From IMG/VR virus record IMGVR_UViG_3300011008_000003: a stretch of DNA of 64,000 nt. The stretch is one strand, 5' to 3'. Numbering within the stretch: position 1 is the first letter of the stretch; every line of letters begins with the position of its first letter. This document shows positions 8,546 through 18,072 of the stretch, one piece after another. A program made the translations under genes and the position numbers. The DNA is from a virus. Its lineage: Duplodnaviria > Heunggongvirae > Uroviricota > Caudoviricetes. The notes beneath the pieces were generated by a model. It saw only the letters and a program-made list of their open reading frames with translations, had not been told where the DNA came from and made no database searches.

Positions 8546-8929
8546 TTAATCTGGTAATGAGTTAATTGCTTCTTCTACTCTCTCATTTTTATATTCAATA
8601 TACTCTTTTTTGATAAATGAAAAGAAATCTGTCTTAGGCTGCTTTGCTATATATAACATTATCAACTGAGGCAATGTAGTTTTATACATACCGTTAGTAA
8701 GGTCATTTTCCTGTTCAAACTTAATAATTTCGTCAATATCAGTAGATACGTCTTTACCGTCTTCACCGATTGATGTAAAAATTGAAGTTAAAGGAAAATA
8801 ATGGGTCTCATTGTCAATAGATATTACTATTGACTTAGTACGAAGTTCCACAAAAAGTATAGTTTTGGTTTTTTCGAGGTTTATACAACCTAACCCATCA
8901 GTACCACTAACATATGTCAAAATCAACAT
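8546..8929 (-). CDS. Hypothetical protein with C-terminal N-x-x-V-x-x-x-I-x-x-L motif
   Basis: Ends YKNERVEEAINSLPD, like the paralog array at 39.4-45.7 kb. Confidence 0.7.
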   Translation of the reverse strand: MLILTYVSGTDGLGCINLEKTKTILFVELRTKSIVISIDNETHYFPLTSIFTSIGEDGKDVSTDIDEIIKFEQENDLTNGMYKTTLPQLIMLYIAKQPKTDFFSFIKKEYIEYKNERVEEAINSLPD

Positions 8930-9370
8930 TTAAATACTCTTTTTTACCTTGATTTCGTTTTCGACATCGGCAAAACGTGCCTTCATGTTCTCGACAGTCT
9001 CTGCCGGAACGTTATGTACATTCTGGAATTCGTTATCCATTCGATAGATAATGACATTCAACTGGCGAGTATTTGCCTCGTCAAGGTAGGGCTTCAGTTC
9101 TTTCATTGTAGTAAAAGTATTCGCTACGATAACGTAATCAGCTCCCTTGTCGAAAGCCTCAAAGACACGGTTCCAGCAGGTCTGGTGAGCAACGCCCAGC
9201 AGTTCCGGCTTGAATACGTATTCGTTATTTTCGTTGAGCCAGAAGTCATCTGCCTCGATATGGTACACAGTATATCCGTCAGACTCCAGGTCCTTCTTCT
9301 TCGCCTTAGAAAAAGTAGACTTGCCAGCGCCTGGAATTCCACGAACAATGATTAATGTCTTCTTGTCCAT
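8930..9370 (-). CDS. P-loop kinase (AAA_33 / polynucleotide-kinase-like)
   Basis: IVRGIPGAGKSTF, EADDF, VANTFT, NVHNVP. Confidence 0.85.
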   Translation of the reverse strand: MDKKTLIIVRGIPGAGKSTFSKAKKKDLESDGYTVYHIEADDFWLNENNEYVFKPELLGVAHQTCWNRVFEAFDKGADYVIVANTFTTMKELKPYLDEANTRQLNVIIYRMDNEFQNVHNVPAETVENMKARFADVENEIKVKKSI

Positions 9371-9377
9371 ATTGACC

Positions 9378-9947
9378 TCATATTTTTAAAAATGTATCGA
9401 AAATAAGTTGTGATTTTTTCTGTAGTTCTTCATGTAGACGTTCGTTTTCTTTAAGAATCGACATAATGTCGCAGACCATCATATTCTTAGAAAACTTACT
9501 GTCATATTCTTCGCAATATTCGGTAAGACGAGAAATACTGTCTTCAATCGATGTATGCGGCTTGCTTTCCTGTTCTGGATTTTCTGTATCTATAATTTCC
9601 TTGATTACGCCAATATACTTGTCGAACTTATCGAAATTAAAAGACTTCTTTTCATCTCCGTCATAAATGAAATATTCAGACATGATAAAGTCTTTAATTT
9701 CCGTAAGCTTAGACTTGATATACCTGTATAACCTGATATTACAATATGTATAATCAGATTCGTCAGTACGGAACGTAATCGTTCCGATAACGGTTTCCCT
9801 ATAGAATACATGCCATACTCGTTCATTCATAATGACGACAGGCTGTATATAAAAACCGTGACGTTCAAGCATCAGCCGCAAAAGATAAGAGGATTGATTG
9901 AGATAATCAAAGAGCTTCTTATCGGCTATTGTCATCGGACTTTTCAT
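9378..9947 (-). CDS. Hypothetical protein
   Basis: 189-aa ORF. Confidence 0.7.
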   Translation of the reverse strand: MKSPMTIADKKLFDYLNQSSYLLRLMLERHGFYIQPVVIMNERVWHVFYRETVIGTITFRTDESDYTYCNIRLYRYIKSKLTEIKDFIMSEYFIYDGDEKKSFNFDKFDKYIGVIKEIIDTENPEQESKPHTSIEDSISRLTEYCEEYDSKFSKNMMVCDIMSILKENERLHEELQKKSQLIFDTFLKI

Positions 9948-10104
9948 TTTTACCTAACAGTTTTTCCTGTAACGCCGCATTCATCTTCTTCAGCGTTTCA
10001 TTTTCTTTTTGCAAATCTTGAACATACTTAATGACCCTGGTAAGATATTCTTCTACAGAAAAATTAGCTCGCCAATTATCAAAACCATTGCGTTCATTAC
10101 ACAT
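9919..10104 (-). CDS. Small coiled-coil protein
   Basis: 61 aa. Confidence 0.6.
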   Translation of the reverse strand: MCNERNGFDNWRANFSVEEYLTRVIKYVQDLQKENETLKKMNAALQEKLLGKNEKSDDNSR

Positions 10105-10105
10105 G

Positions 10106-10306
10106 CTAACCTACTGGGATATTTGAAAGAATCGCGATAAAAATAATATTCAGGACATAAAAACGGAAAAGAATCCCACCGACAGATTTCATTGTCGGAT
10201 GTTCATCTTCTTCCGCTCCTAAAGAAACAGAAATGGCAGCAAAAACAATCTCGACTAAAGTCAAGACCGTTCCATAGCCAAGAAATGTTATTACTGTATT
10301 CTGCAT
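10106..10306 (-). CDS. Small membrane protein
   Basis: Two hydrophobic segments. Confidence 0.6.
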   Translation of the reverse strand: MQNTVITFLGYGTVLTLVEIVFAAISVSLGAEEDEHPTMKSVGGILFRFYVLNIIFIAILSNIPVG

Positions 10307-10307
10307 A

Positions 10308-10550
10308 TTACTTTCCAAATGCGTTTTGATGGATTTGTACAATGAAACCGGTCTGGTCGCCCTTTTCTTTCATGAAACTGTGCAAGTGAGCCATCTGCCA
10401 GCGCAACATCTTAGATTCTTCAGTTACGGTCGCAGTTTCAGAACGGTGTTCAATTTTTTCGATGAAAGCATTAGAAAGCTTAACTATTTCGTCATAGTCA
10501 AGCTCGATAACGGCTTTCTGCTTTTCATTATCAACTTTTAAAACAATCAT
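10308..10550 (-). CDS. Hypothetical protein
   Basis: AAGGA RBS; coupled. Confidence 0.7.
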   Translation of the reverse strand: MIVLKVDNEKQKAVIELDYDEIVKLSNAFIEKIEHRSETATVTEESKMLRWQMAHLHSFMKEKGDQTGFIVQIHQNAFGK

Positions 10551-11428
10551 TACTTATCCTTCTTTATAGCAAAGACATCTGCACCGTATTGTGTTTTCGT
10601 CAAATCAACAATTGCCTTATCAAGCTTCTGAATAAGCTCCTTCGATGCATTGAAATCTTCCGCATGAGTATGGACATATTTCATCTGGTATACAAAGAAT
10701 TCAAAAGATTGGATTGAAAGCGCCGGCTTGAAATCCGATACAAGGTCAAACTTGTTATTATCCTGCATAATAGCTGCTGCATAAGAAAATTCCTGAAGTA
10801 AGAACTTTTCATAAACTTCAAGCTGTGCTGCGGTATAATCAGCCTTGTCGTTAGCCAACTGTTCCTTATAATAATTGAGGTACTTCGGAACAGACATCGG
10901 AACCATCGAAATAGATGTTACCATATCGAGATCCATAGAATAATTTATAGCGTCGACAGTATTATGCTCAGCAGTAAGTTTTTCTGACAGAATCTTACCG
11001 AAACGCATTTCATAATCTTTGATGTGATTATCTTTATAGCAAGACTTATACGTACAATGACCAAGATCTGCATAAATCAATCTGGTAACTTCAGACCAGC
11101 AAATATCGAATTCAGTCGAGTCAAAGAAATTCTGTTTCCAATGCTGGTTATAATCAAAACAAGACTCTAAATCTTCTACACGTACTGCACCGTCTTCATA
11201 GATTTCTTTGAAAATATAACGAACCGTTAAATGCTTAGTGGCAGGGAAAACCTTGAAATAAACGTCGGTCACGCCAAACTTATAGGCAAGATGATGGTTC
11301 TGAAGAATATCAGAATCAATGCCCGCATAGAACGAACGCAAGATCGGTCCACCAAGCTGACTGAGATTAACCTTATAGAGTTTCCAAACTCGATTCTTTT
11401 CAATTAATTCGGTATGAATATAATCCAT
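10550..11428 (-). CDS. Hypothetical protein
   Basis: 292 aa; AAGGA RBS. Confidence 0.8.
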   Translation of the reverse strand: MDYIHTELIEKNRVWKLYKVNLSQLGGPILRSFYAGIDSDILQNHHLAYKFGVTDVYFKVFPATKHLTVRYIFKEIYEDGAVRVEDLESCFDYNQHWKQNFFDSTEFDICWSEVTRLIYADLGHCTYKSCYKDNHIKDYEMRFGKILSEKLTAEHNTVDAINYSMDLDMVTSISMVPMSVPKYLNYYKEQLANDKADYTAAQLEVYEKFLLQEFSYAAAIMQDNNKFDLVSDFKPALSIQSFEFFVYQMKYVHTHAEDFNASKELIQKLDKAIVDLTKTQYGADVFAIKKDK

Positions 11429-11440
11429 GATTTTTCCTTT

Positions 11441-12220
11441 TTAAAGTCCAGTCTGTCTGGTGCTAAAGTTGATATTTCCTTTTCCTTCAATTTCGATTGC
11501 ATCTTCGAAATCTTCAGGAACACGGTTAATATAGACATCGCCGGTAAAGTCCTTGATTAAAGTCGCAGTCCAGTCTTTGTCTACCGTATGTTCTTTAAGC
11601 CTCGCCGGGTCAATTTCAGGATGGTCAGTCGGTACGACGCATACTAGGCCCGCATCCGCACAGAAACGGCCCATAACGCCTCCGCGGTCGTCGAACGTGG
11701 TACAAGACCAGTCACCGTAAATCGTGTCCCTAAGGAGCATATTTTCGCTTTCTTCATACATGCCGTGTGTGTTCAGAAACTTATCCCAGTTACTGAAAAT
11801 ATAGCACGGGTCCGTAATGATAATGTCCTTATGCTCGAAATGAATATGCATCGGTTTTTCACGCTGTTCTTTACGGTCGACTTCATGAGCAATAGCACGC
11901 CAATACTCTTCAGCATATTCGAACAGATAAATCTTATTCCAAGTTTCATCCGTATAGTTTTCATGCTTTTCGACTTTACCGCCAATATCGAGTTCAATAA
12001 CATCATCGTACTTAATCTTATTGAAACGATAATCAGAAAGCCAATTTGCACGGCGATAACATTCCTTAGCACCGAGCTTATAATGTTCCGGCTTAGCGAA
12101 TGTCTTCTGTTTACGGAGTTCCTTGGTACGGTTTATCCAATATCTGGTTTTTTTAAGGGAATCATCTGGTTTATCATCAGATCCCATTAAACTTTCGCAA
12201 ACGTCTAATGCAACACCCAT
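11441..12220 (-). CDS. Conserved phage protein (TDPCY / YGDW / CADAG motifs)
   Basis: IIITDPCY..DTIYGDWSCTT..FCADAGLVCV. Confidence 0.75.
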   Translation of the reverse strand: MGVALDVCESLMGSDDKPDDSLKKTRYWINRTKELRKQKTFAKPEHYKLGAKECYRRANWLSDYRFNKIKYDDVIELDIGGKVEKHENYTDETWNKIYLFEYAEEYWRAIAHEVDRKEQREKPMHIHFEHKDIIITDPCYIFSNWDKFLNTHGMYEESENMLLRDTIYGDWSCTTFDDRGGVMGRFCADAGLVCVVPTDHPEIDPARLKEHTVDKDWTATLIKDFTGDVYINRVPEDFEDAIEIEGKGNINFSTRQTGL

Positions 12221-12221
12221 A

Positions 12222-12737
12222 TTAGTCCTTATCTTCAAGAATCATGGTTTCCATCTTCTTCACCATATCGTCCAAGTTTTCAAACGACAGAGACGGGAAG
12301 TTGAGGTTGATACCAAGCAAATGATACATACCAGGCTTGATAAACGGGCGCATCTTGGAAATCCAGACAACGACACGATGATCACCATTCTTAATGACAT
12401 AGGCCTTATCGTCGCGGTCGACTTCGCCCTTTTCGTTTTCAAGGGTCTTGGATTCGCTGATGGCGTAACCGAGCTTGTCGAATACGTCCGTAACCTTCTT
12501 GAGTTCTGCGTCGTCCCATGAATATGCGACAGAGAGCATAGAAAGCGGACGTTCCATGATAAGGCATGCATCAAGATTGTCATCCGGTACGCTTTCGACG
12601 TACTTGATTACTTCCGGAAGTTTGGAAGCGTCATACTTATCCGGCATTTTCGGAATATCACGCTTAAGTGCTTCGATATAGTTCTTACGGAGTTCGGCGA
12701 TACGTTCTTGTTCGGTCTGTTCTTTCTTCTTGGCCAT
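12222..12737 (-). CDS. Hypothetical protein
   Basis: 171 aa; first gene after promoter. Confidence 0.8.
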   Translation of the reverse strand: MAKKKEQTEQERIAELRKNYIEALKRDIPKMPDKYDASKLPEVIKYVESVPDDNLDACLIMERPLSMLSVAYSWDDAELKKVTDVFDKLGYAISESKTLENEKGEVDRDDKAYVIKNGDHRVVVWISKMRPFIKPGMYHLLGINLNFPSLSFENLDDMVKKMETMILEDKD

Positions 12738-12768
12738 AATAAGGTCCTTTGGTTAAATGTTTTTACTA

Positions 12769-12797
12769 AATATAGCAAAAGATAGTCTATTCGTCAA
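12769..12797 (-). promoter_or_regulatory. Early promoter TTGACG-N17-TATATT overlapping upstream stop codon
   Basis: Consensus spacing. Confidence 0.75.
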
Positions 12798-13437
12798 TAG
12801 TCTTTGTGAGCTCGTTTAGACGAACAGGGCGATACCATGCTTCCCAGCTGATATTGTTCTCCACGAAATTACAGTTATGGTTCTGAAGAACGTTTGTCTT
12901 GTTGAATTCATGCGTATGGCCATGAACCAGATAGTCAAGCTTTGTTCCAGCCTGCAAGTAGTGGTTCAAAACCGTCGGATCACCAGTCGTTCCATCATGT
13001 TCATTGACAGTTTCGTCATAATTGAAATGCTGGATGAGATAGTTCTTATCGTTATGGTTCAACAGGATATAATCCTTGACCAAAGTGATATTCGGGAACA
13101 TATCCTTGACCGGATAGATTTTCTTGAACAGAGCATAGTCATGATTACCGCGAATCATGTACATATGCTTGAAATTCAGCTTGTTAGTGTAATAGTCGCC
13201 GAATACTTCAAGCAATTGACTGCCTGGAGTTCCAAGAGTAAAGTCACCAAGAAAGATAACGGTATCATCCGGTGAAACTACAGAATTCCACTGCTTAACG
13301 ATGTCGTCGTTCATTTCTTCGATAGTCTGGTATTTACGAGTACGATCAAAATGCTCTTCGTAACTGGTACAGAGCTTCTTGTGATTGACATGTAAATCAC
13401 TGACTAATAAGATATTTTCATTTAATGTTAATTCCAT
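12787..13437 (-). CDS. Calcineurin-like metallophosphoesterase (leaderless start)
   Basis: SDLH, FLGDF, RGNHD, HGHTH. Confidence 0.9.
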   Translation of the reverse strand: MELTLNENILLVSDLHVNHKKLCTSYEEHFDRTRKYQTIEEMNDDIVKQWNSVVSPDDTVIFLGDFTLGTPGSQLLEVFGDYYTNKLNFKHMYMIRGNHDYALFKKIYPVKDMFPNITLVKDYILLNHNDKNYLIQHFNYDETVNEHDGTTGDPTVLNHYLQAGTKLDYLVHGHTHEFNKTNVLQNHNCNFVENNISWEAWYRPVRLNELTKTIDE

Positions 13438-13443
13438 ATGCCA

Positions 13444-13477
13444 AATATAATAAAAATAGGGCTTTTTGTAAACCCTA
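13444..13477 (-). promoter_or_regulatory. Terminator/early promoter TTTACA-N17-TATATT
   Basis: TAGGG...CCCTA hairpin followed by T tract; ATG 6 nt after -10. Confidence 0.75.
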
Positions 13478-13484
13478 CGAGTAA

Positions 13485-13670
13485 TTATTGTCGTCCTTGA
13501 ATTTCTTTAATAATACGTTCAAGTTCACCAGACTCTACAGCTTCTTTAAGCATATCGTTAATCAATCTGTCAACTGATACGCCTTTTTCATCAGCTATTT
13601 CCTGAAGTTTCTTATAATCTTCATCTGGAATATCGATTTGGATTTCTTCAGTTAAATTATCGTCATTCAT
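13485..13670 (-). CDS. Ribbon-helix-helix (CopG/Arc-like) DNA-binding protein
   Basis: IQIDIPDEDYKKLQEIADEKGVSVDRLINDMLKE. Confidence 0.7.
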   Translation of the reverse strand: MNDDNLTEEIQIDIPDEDYKKLQEIADEKGVSVDRLINDMLKEAVESGELERIIKEIQGRQ

Positions 13671-14115
13671 CTTCTATCTCCTGTTTTGTGATTGTTATAG
13701 ATAATAGTTCTCGTGCATTAGACTGCTTTATTTCATTTTTCTGGTATTCATTAGAAAACTTAGAACCAGGTTTCCAAGGAATATGAAAATCGACACCATT
13801 AATACAGACACTTGTAAGGTCATCACAGTATTTCAATCGATTAACACAGTCTTCGCCGTCAGTCATATTTTTTGATAAATCGTCATTGAAATTTTTTTGA
13901 CCTGGTAAATGCCAATACCATTCTGGATTACTGAGGTCTAATTCAATATAGAATCGCTTTAAGTCAGTAACATAATACAGTTCAAAATGTTCGAACGTAT
14001 ATCTTTTACCGTCTTCCTTAAAACGCATATGATTGATAGCCCGTGTATCTATACAGATATGTTCACAGTTTTGAAAGACGAAATCTATTGTATTAAATTG
14101 TTGAAACTTATTCAT
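13663..14115 (-). CDS. Hypothetical protein
   Basis: 150 aa. Confidence 0.75.
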   Translation of the reverse strand: MNKFQQFNTIDFVFQNCEHICIDTRAINHMRFKEDGKRYTFEHFELYYVTDLKRFYIELDLSNPEWYWHLPGQKNFNDDLSKNMTDGEDCVNRLKYCDDLTSVCINGVDFHIPWKPGSKFSNEYQKNEIKQSNARELLSITITKQEIEDE

Positions 14116-14664
14116 TTACCAATTCCAATCTGCACTTAATCCTAGGTCAGAACAATTTCGACGTTTAGTTTGCTTGATTGCATGAATAAAATCGTCATAT
14201 TCAGATGCAAAATCTTTTTGAATAACTGTCGCAGATGTTTGATTCGGATCCGTTGTATGACTTGCCCAAGATTATGCGGCATATTCTGCATCCCAGCGAT
14301 TTACTGCAGTAGAACCGGTAAATCCTGTATAAGAAGGAACATTCTTCCATGCAGCATCAGCTTTAACTTCATAACCGAGTGGTGGAATAGAATTCCAATT
14401 ATTTTCAATAAGTTCTTCAGAAGACATATCTTCAAGTGCCTTATTCAGCTTACGTCGGCAGAACGGACAATATTCCAACTTGACTGAAGAAACGACTTCA
14501 TTTGTAAGATTATTACAGATTTGTAGATAGAAATTACCTGGATTATTCTGGTCTTCTACCAAGAACATTTCTTGATTAATACCACGACCTTCTAGCAAGT
14601 CTATTTTTTGACGGTCTAAATAATTATTAGCGTCACCATTAAAACGTTCACAATATTTGCACAT
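14116..14664 (-). pseudogene. Zn-ribbon protein (MCKYC...YCPFC) with in-frame TAA at 14272-14274
   Basis: Same frame stays open about 50 more codons to TAA 14116-14118, which abuts the next ATG (TAAATG). Confidence 0.6.
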
Positions 14665-14731
14665 ATTTAACCTCTAATTCAAATATAGAAATATTGTAAA
14701 CAAATTTTAACGTTTTTAATTTAATCTGATA

Positions 14732-15241
14732 TTATTCATTCAACAGCGTTCTTGCCTTGGGCATGAGATTACGTAAAATAGTAAGCTCTTTACCATTCGG
14801 GTCGAGAATTCGCATAGCACTAGCCTTGAATCCAACCTTATAGCAAACATTTTCATAACGGCTAAAACTCATAGTCAAACCGCTGATATTTTCGACCATG
14901 ACATTTGTATATAAGATAGAACCAATTAATGTATCATCGTCTTCGTTATAAAGCTTTATCTCAATCTTGTCGATTGGTTGATTAGTATTTAACAAATGTA
15001 ACAATGCTGCATATTCATTGATTTCATTAAGACAAAATTCAATAGCGAATTTCATGTTATCGGCAGAAGTCATTTCCTTCATAGTATCGGAATCTTTTTC
15101 AGTAGATGCCTCTATAGCAGCAGAATTAACACTGCAAGTAAACTTCTTGTACATGTCTTGAAGCTTTTTCGCAACGCCAATATCGATAGGAATACTTGAC
15201 GGATTGATTGTATAGTCGACTTTAAAATTACAGAATTTCAT
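14732..15241 (-). CDS. Possible tail-tube (gp19)-fold protein under early promoter
   Basis: C-terminal IEIKLYNEDD..SILYTNVMVENISGLTMSF..YKVGF resembles gp19 beta-strand pattern; weak. Confidence 0.45.
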   Translation of the reverse strand: MKFCNFKVDYTINPSSIPIDIGVAKKLQDMYKKFTCSVNSAAIEASTEKDSDTMKEMTSADNMKFAIEFCLNEINEYAALLHLLNTNQPIDKIEIKLYNEDDDTLIGSILYTNVMVENISGLTMSFSRYENVCYKVGFKASAMRILDPNGKELTILRNLMPKARTLLNE

Positions 15242-15266
15242 AATATACCTCTTATAGTTTTATACA

Positions 15267-15300
15267 AATATAGAAAAAGGTTGACTTTCGTCAACCTTTT
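15267..15300 (-). promoter_or_regulatory. Fused terminator/early promoter element (perfect stem)
   Basis: AAAAGGTTGAC-GAAA-GTCAACCTTTTT-C-TATATT. Confidence 0.9.
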
Positions 15301-15322
15301 CTCTCCTTTTCCCCAACTTTTT

Positions 15323-17254
15323 CTAGTTTTTCTTCTGTGCGAAGAGGTCGATGAGAGTGTCCTTGCTCAACTGGGTCAAGTCAAGTTCGACGTCAGCATC
15401 TTCGTCTTCGACAAAAGTAAACCCTGCCATCATGAGAATCGGCTTCAAGTCGATGAACGTACGGCACTTGTTCTTGAGGTTCTCCAGGTAAACTGCGGAG
15501 TACTTATGGTTAGGTACGCGACCGCCGCCCTGGGTCAAATCCATCAAGAACACCTTATTATCCACGATCAATGCACACTGCTTATCGCGTTCATTATCGA
15601 CAGGGATAATGAATTCCGCGAGAACATTGTTCGGGTCACACATCACAGCACCGCTGGTACGACGATAACCGGAAGAATTGAGCTTAGACTTCATGTCTTC
15701 CTTAGCAACGAACAGCTTGAACTGAGACTTCGGATTACCACTGTACTGACTTACGGAAATCTTTCCGTCAGGTGCATTGGAACCGATATAGAAGAGTTCG
15801 GTTGCTTCCGGTTCGGCATTAGTCATGTCACCAGAGAAAATAATCGAGTTATTCTTGCTGGTGAAAGAGCTGTTCCAACCGTAAGAATGTCCTTCCAAAT
15901 CGTACATATGAAGGTCGAAATCGCGAGTTCCCCATTCATTACGCCAGTAAATACCGACGACGTTGTGAGAGTCGCCCATATCGACAGACGTGCCGAACGG
16001 ATAGTTACCGATGAAGTTCTTTTCAGAAGTCGGTACAGTCAAGTTGACGTTCTTCGGATAACGCACAGTGCATGCCTTAGCCTTCAGAGAATCAACAAGG
16101 GAACGTTCGAGTTCATGATAGACGGACATGAGATAAGAAGTCATTGACTGGTCGTTAGCCTTACAATTTTCCTTAACCCACATCTTTCCATTACGAATAA
16201 CATACATCTTACCGGTTGCGTTCTGCAACTTGGCCAAAATTGCCTGCATAAGGGTAATCTTCTTGTAGTTCGTAATTTCGTTTGCTGCCAACTTGCTTGC
16301 AAGAACAGAAAGATCCTTCTTTTCAGCAACGACGGTTTCCCAGAAGCCAGCATGGAACGGCTTATGGTCAGTAACGGCCAGACGACGAATCTGGTTAATT
16401 ACAGACGCATTGGATTCCTTTCCGGAAACGCTAGCCTTGAGCTTAGCGGCAGCCTTCTTGAAAGCTTCATTCTTAAAGACGCTTGTAGAAGAAGCGTTCT
16501 TCGCCTGCTTAAAAGCAAGGAATAACGGCTTGAAGCGGTAGAAAATCGAAGCGAGAGCGTGTCGCTGTTCGTCGGTCAACTTGGTGAAGTCAACCTTATT
16601 GGCATTTTCCTTAATGGTCTGGATGGTACGCTTATCCTTGATGAGCATAGCCTTTCCAGTTGCCTTGAACACGAAGTATCGAATCATGTTAAACGGATCC
16701 TTACCGAACTTGCCGGTCTTGTCCATAAGCATGATAATAGCTTCCTTGTTCTTGACAGAATCAATATCGAGACCATACTTTTCGAAACGGTCGTTCTCGG
16801 TGATGTACTCGATAAGGACATTAAGAGTTTCGGATTCAAGTGCGATACCAGACTGGAGCATCTTAACACAACGGTCATAGATTTCCTGGTCGGTAGCCGG
16901 CATGATTACCTTAAAAGAATTGTACGGAATTTCAACATCCGCATTCTGATTCGGAACATAGCCGTTACCAGCCGTAAAGTCGGTACCATACGTAGAAGCA
17001 TAGTGGCGAAGCTGGTCAATCAAGAGTTCGAAACGAGTCTTGGAAGTGATGTCTTCCCACTTAGCGTAAAAAGTCTTGTTGTAGTTGGTCTTCGCTTCTT
17101 TCTTCACCCAATTGAGTGCAATAGTGGAGCAACAGTCCGGATGGATAATCCAGCCGTACTTTGCTGATTCGGCGTTAACTTCTTCGAAAGAGCGCTTGGT
17201 AGATTCATCTGCCTTAGGCATGACATTGAACATAGTGATCAACTTAAGATTCAT
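15323..17254 (-). CDS. Large protein with C-terminal TerD-like domain
   Basis: 643 aa; GIYW..DFDLH..GWNS..IIFSGDMTNAEPEATE TerD-like motifs; strongly biased codon usage. Confidence 0.7.
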   Translation of the reverse strand: MNLKLITMFNVMPKADESTKRSFEEVNAESAKYGWIIHPDCCSTIALNWVKKEAKTNYNKTFYAKWEDITSKTRFELLIDQLRHYASTYGTDFTAGNGYVPNQNADVEIPYNSFKVIMPATDQEIYDRCVKMLQSGIALESETLNVLIEYITENDRFEKYGLDIDSVKNKEAIIMLMDKTGKFGKDPFNMIRYFVFKATGKAMLIKDKRTIQTIKENANKVDFTKLTDEQRHALASIFYRFKPLFLAFKQAKNASSTSVFKNEAFKKAAAKLKASVSGKESNASVINQIRRLAVTDHKPFHAGFWETVVAEKKDLSVLASKLAANEITNYKKITLMQAILAKLQNATGKMYVIRNGKMWVKENCKANDQSMTSYLMSVYHELERSLVDSLKAKACTVRYPKNVNLTVPTSEKNFIGNYPFGTSVDMGDSHNVVGIYWRNEWGTRDFDLHMYDLEGHSYGWNSSFTSKNNSIIFSGDMTNAEPEATELFYIGSNAPDGKISVSQYSGNPKSQFKLFVAKEDMKSKLNSSGYRRTSGAVMCDPNNVLAEFIIPVDNERDKQCALIVDNKVFLMDLTQGGGRVPNHKYSAVYLENLKNKCRTFIDLKPILMMAGFTFVEDEDADVELDLTQLSKDTLIDLFAQKKN

Positions 17255-17276
17255 AATCTTTTCCTCATTTGAAAAT

Positions 17277-17348
17277 AAAAAACTGTTAAAGCGAGAAGTA
17301 AGTTTTGCCTAATTATCAGTTTAATAGGAACTTCTTTTGCTTTAACAG
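17277..17348 (-). ncRNA. Structured 5' leader / candidate small RNA upstream of the TerD-like gene
   Basis: 10-bp closing stem CTGTTAAAGC/GCTTTAACAG, inner AGAAGT/ACTTCT and CCTA/TAGG stems, then U6; starts at the predicted TSS. Confidence 0.6.
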
Positions 17349-17353
17349 GTGTA

Positions 17354-17382
17354 AATATAGTAAAGTGTGTTAGGTTTGTCAA
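17354..17382 (-). promoter_or_regulatory. Early promoter TTGACA-N17-TATATT
   Basis: Perfect -35 box. Confidence 0.85.
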
Positions 17383-17391
17383 CCCTTTTTA

Positions 17392-18072
17392 TTAACTTTT
17401 TTGCAACTTATGCACTGCATCCATTAACTTACGATAATTTTCGTCATGGCCTTTCAGTTCTTCGATTCTGTCTTTCCATGACTGAACTTTCTGTTTGGAT
17501 TCGTTATCCATCTTAAGTCCAAAAATATCCATAAGTGCATTCGCAGTATCGACAGCCTTTATACGGCCTTCGATTTCTTTGATTTCTGCCTGCTTCTTAT
17601 CTTCTGTATCTTGCATGCCTTTAAGCTTATTCTCAAGAAATAGAAGTTCTTTCTTTGCTATATCAGTAACGAATTCGATACCGTAAGAATCTTTCGATTT
17701 CTTATCGTCGCCAACTATAAGAGATTTAGAAAGACCTGGCTTTTTATGCGGGCCTAGACATTCAAAAGATATTTCTGTACCTTGACCGACATACATATTG
17801 AGCCTATAAAAATTATTATCGTCATGCATGAAAATATAATGATGATATTCGTTTTCATCATCAGTTTCCCAATTTATAAAACTAAAATTCGGGTCATCAT
17901 TATATGTTTTCGACATAAGACTATCATGGAGAGACCACCGGAACAAATCTGGATGTTCCCATTGTTCTACCACTTGTTTTTTGACAGCCAATTCTGTAAG
18001 TTTAGGCAGAGCTTCAAAAATTGTCTTAAGGTCATTAACTTCTTCATGAAGTCGTTTTAACAGAAAGTTCAT
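17392..18072 (-). CDS. Hypothetical protein, C-terminal coiled coil
   Basis: ATGA-coupled; GGAG RBS. Confidence 0.75.
   Translation of the reverse strand: MNFLLKRLHEEVNDLKTIFEALPKLTELAVKKQVVEQWEHPDLFRWSLHDSLMSKTYNDDPNFSFINWETDDENEYHHYIFMHDDNNFYRLNMYVGQGTEISFECLGPHKKPGLSKSLIVGDDKKSKDSYGIEFVTDIAKKELLFLENKLKGMQDTEDKKQAEIKEIEGRIKAVDTANALMDIFGLKMDNESKQKVQSWKDRIEELKGHDENYRKLMDAVHKLQKS

Noticed and set aside
15281-17167. Long + strand ORFs 15281-16147 and 16559-17167
   Set aside because: Shadows of the strongly codon-biased TerD-like gene.
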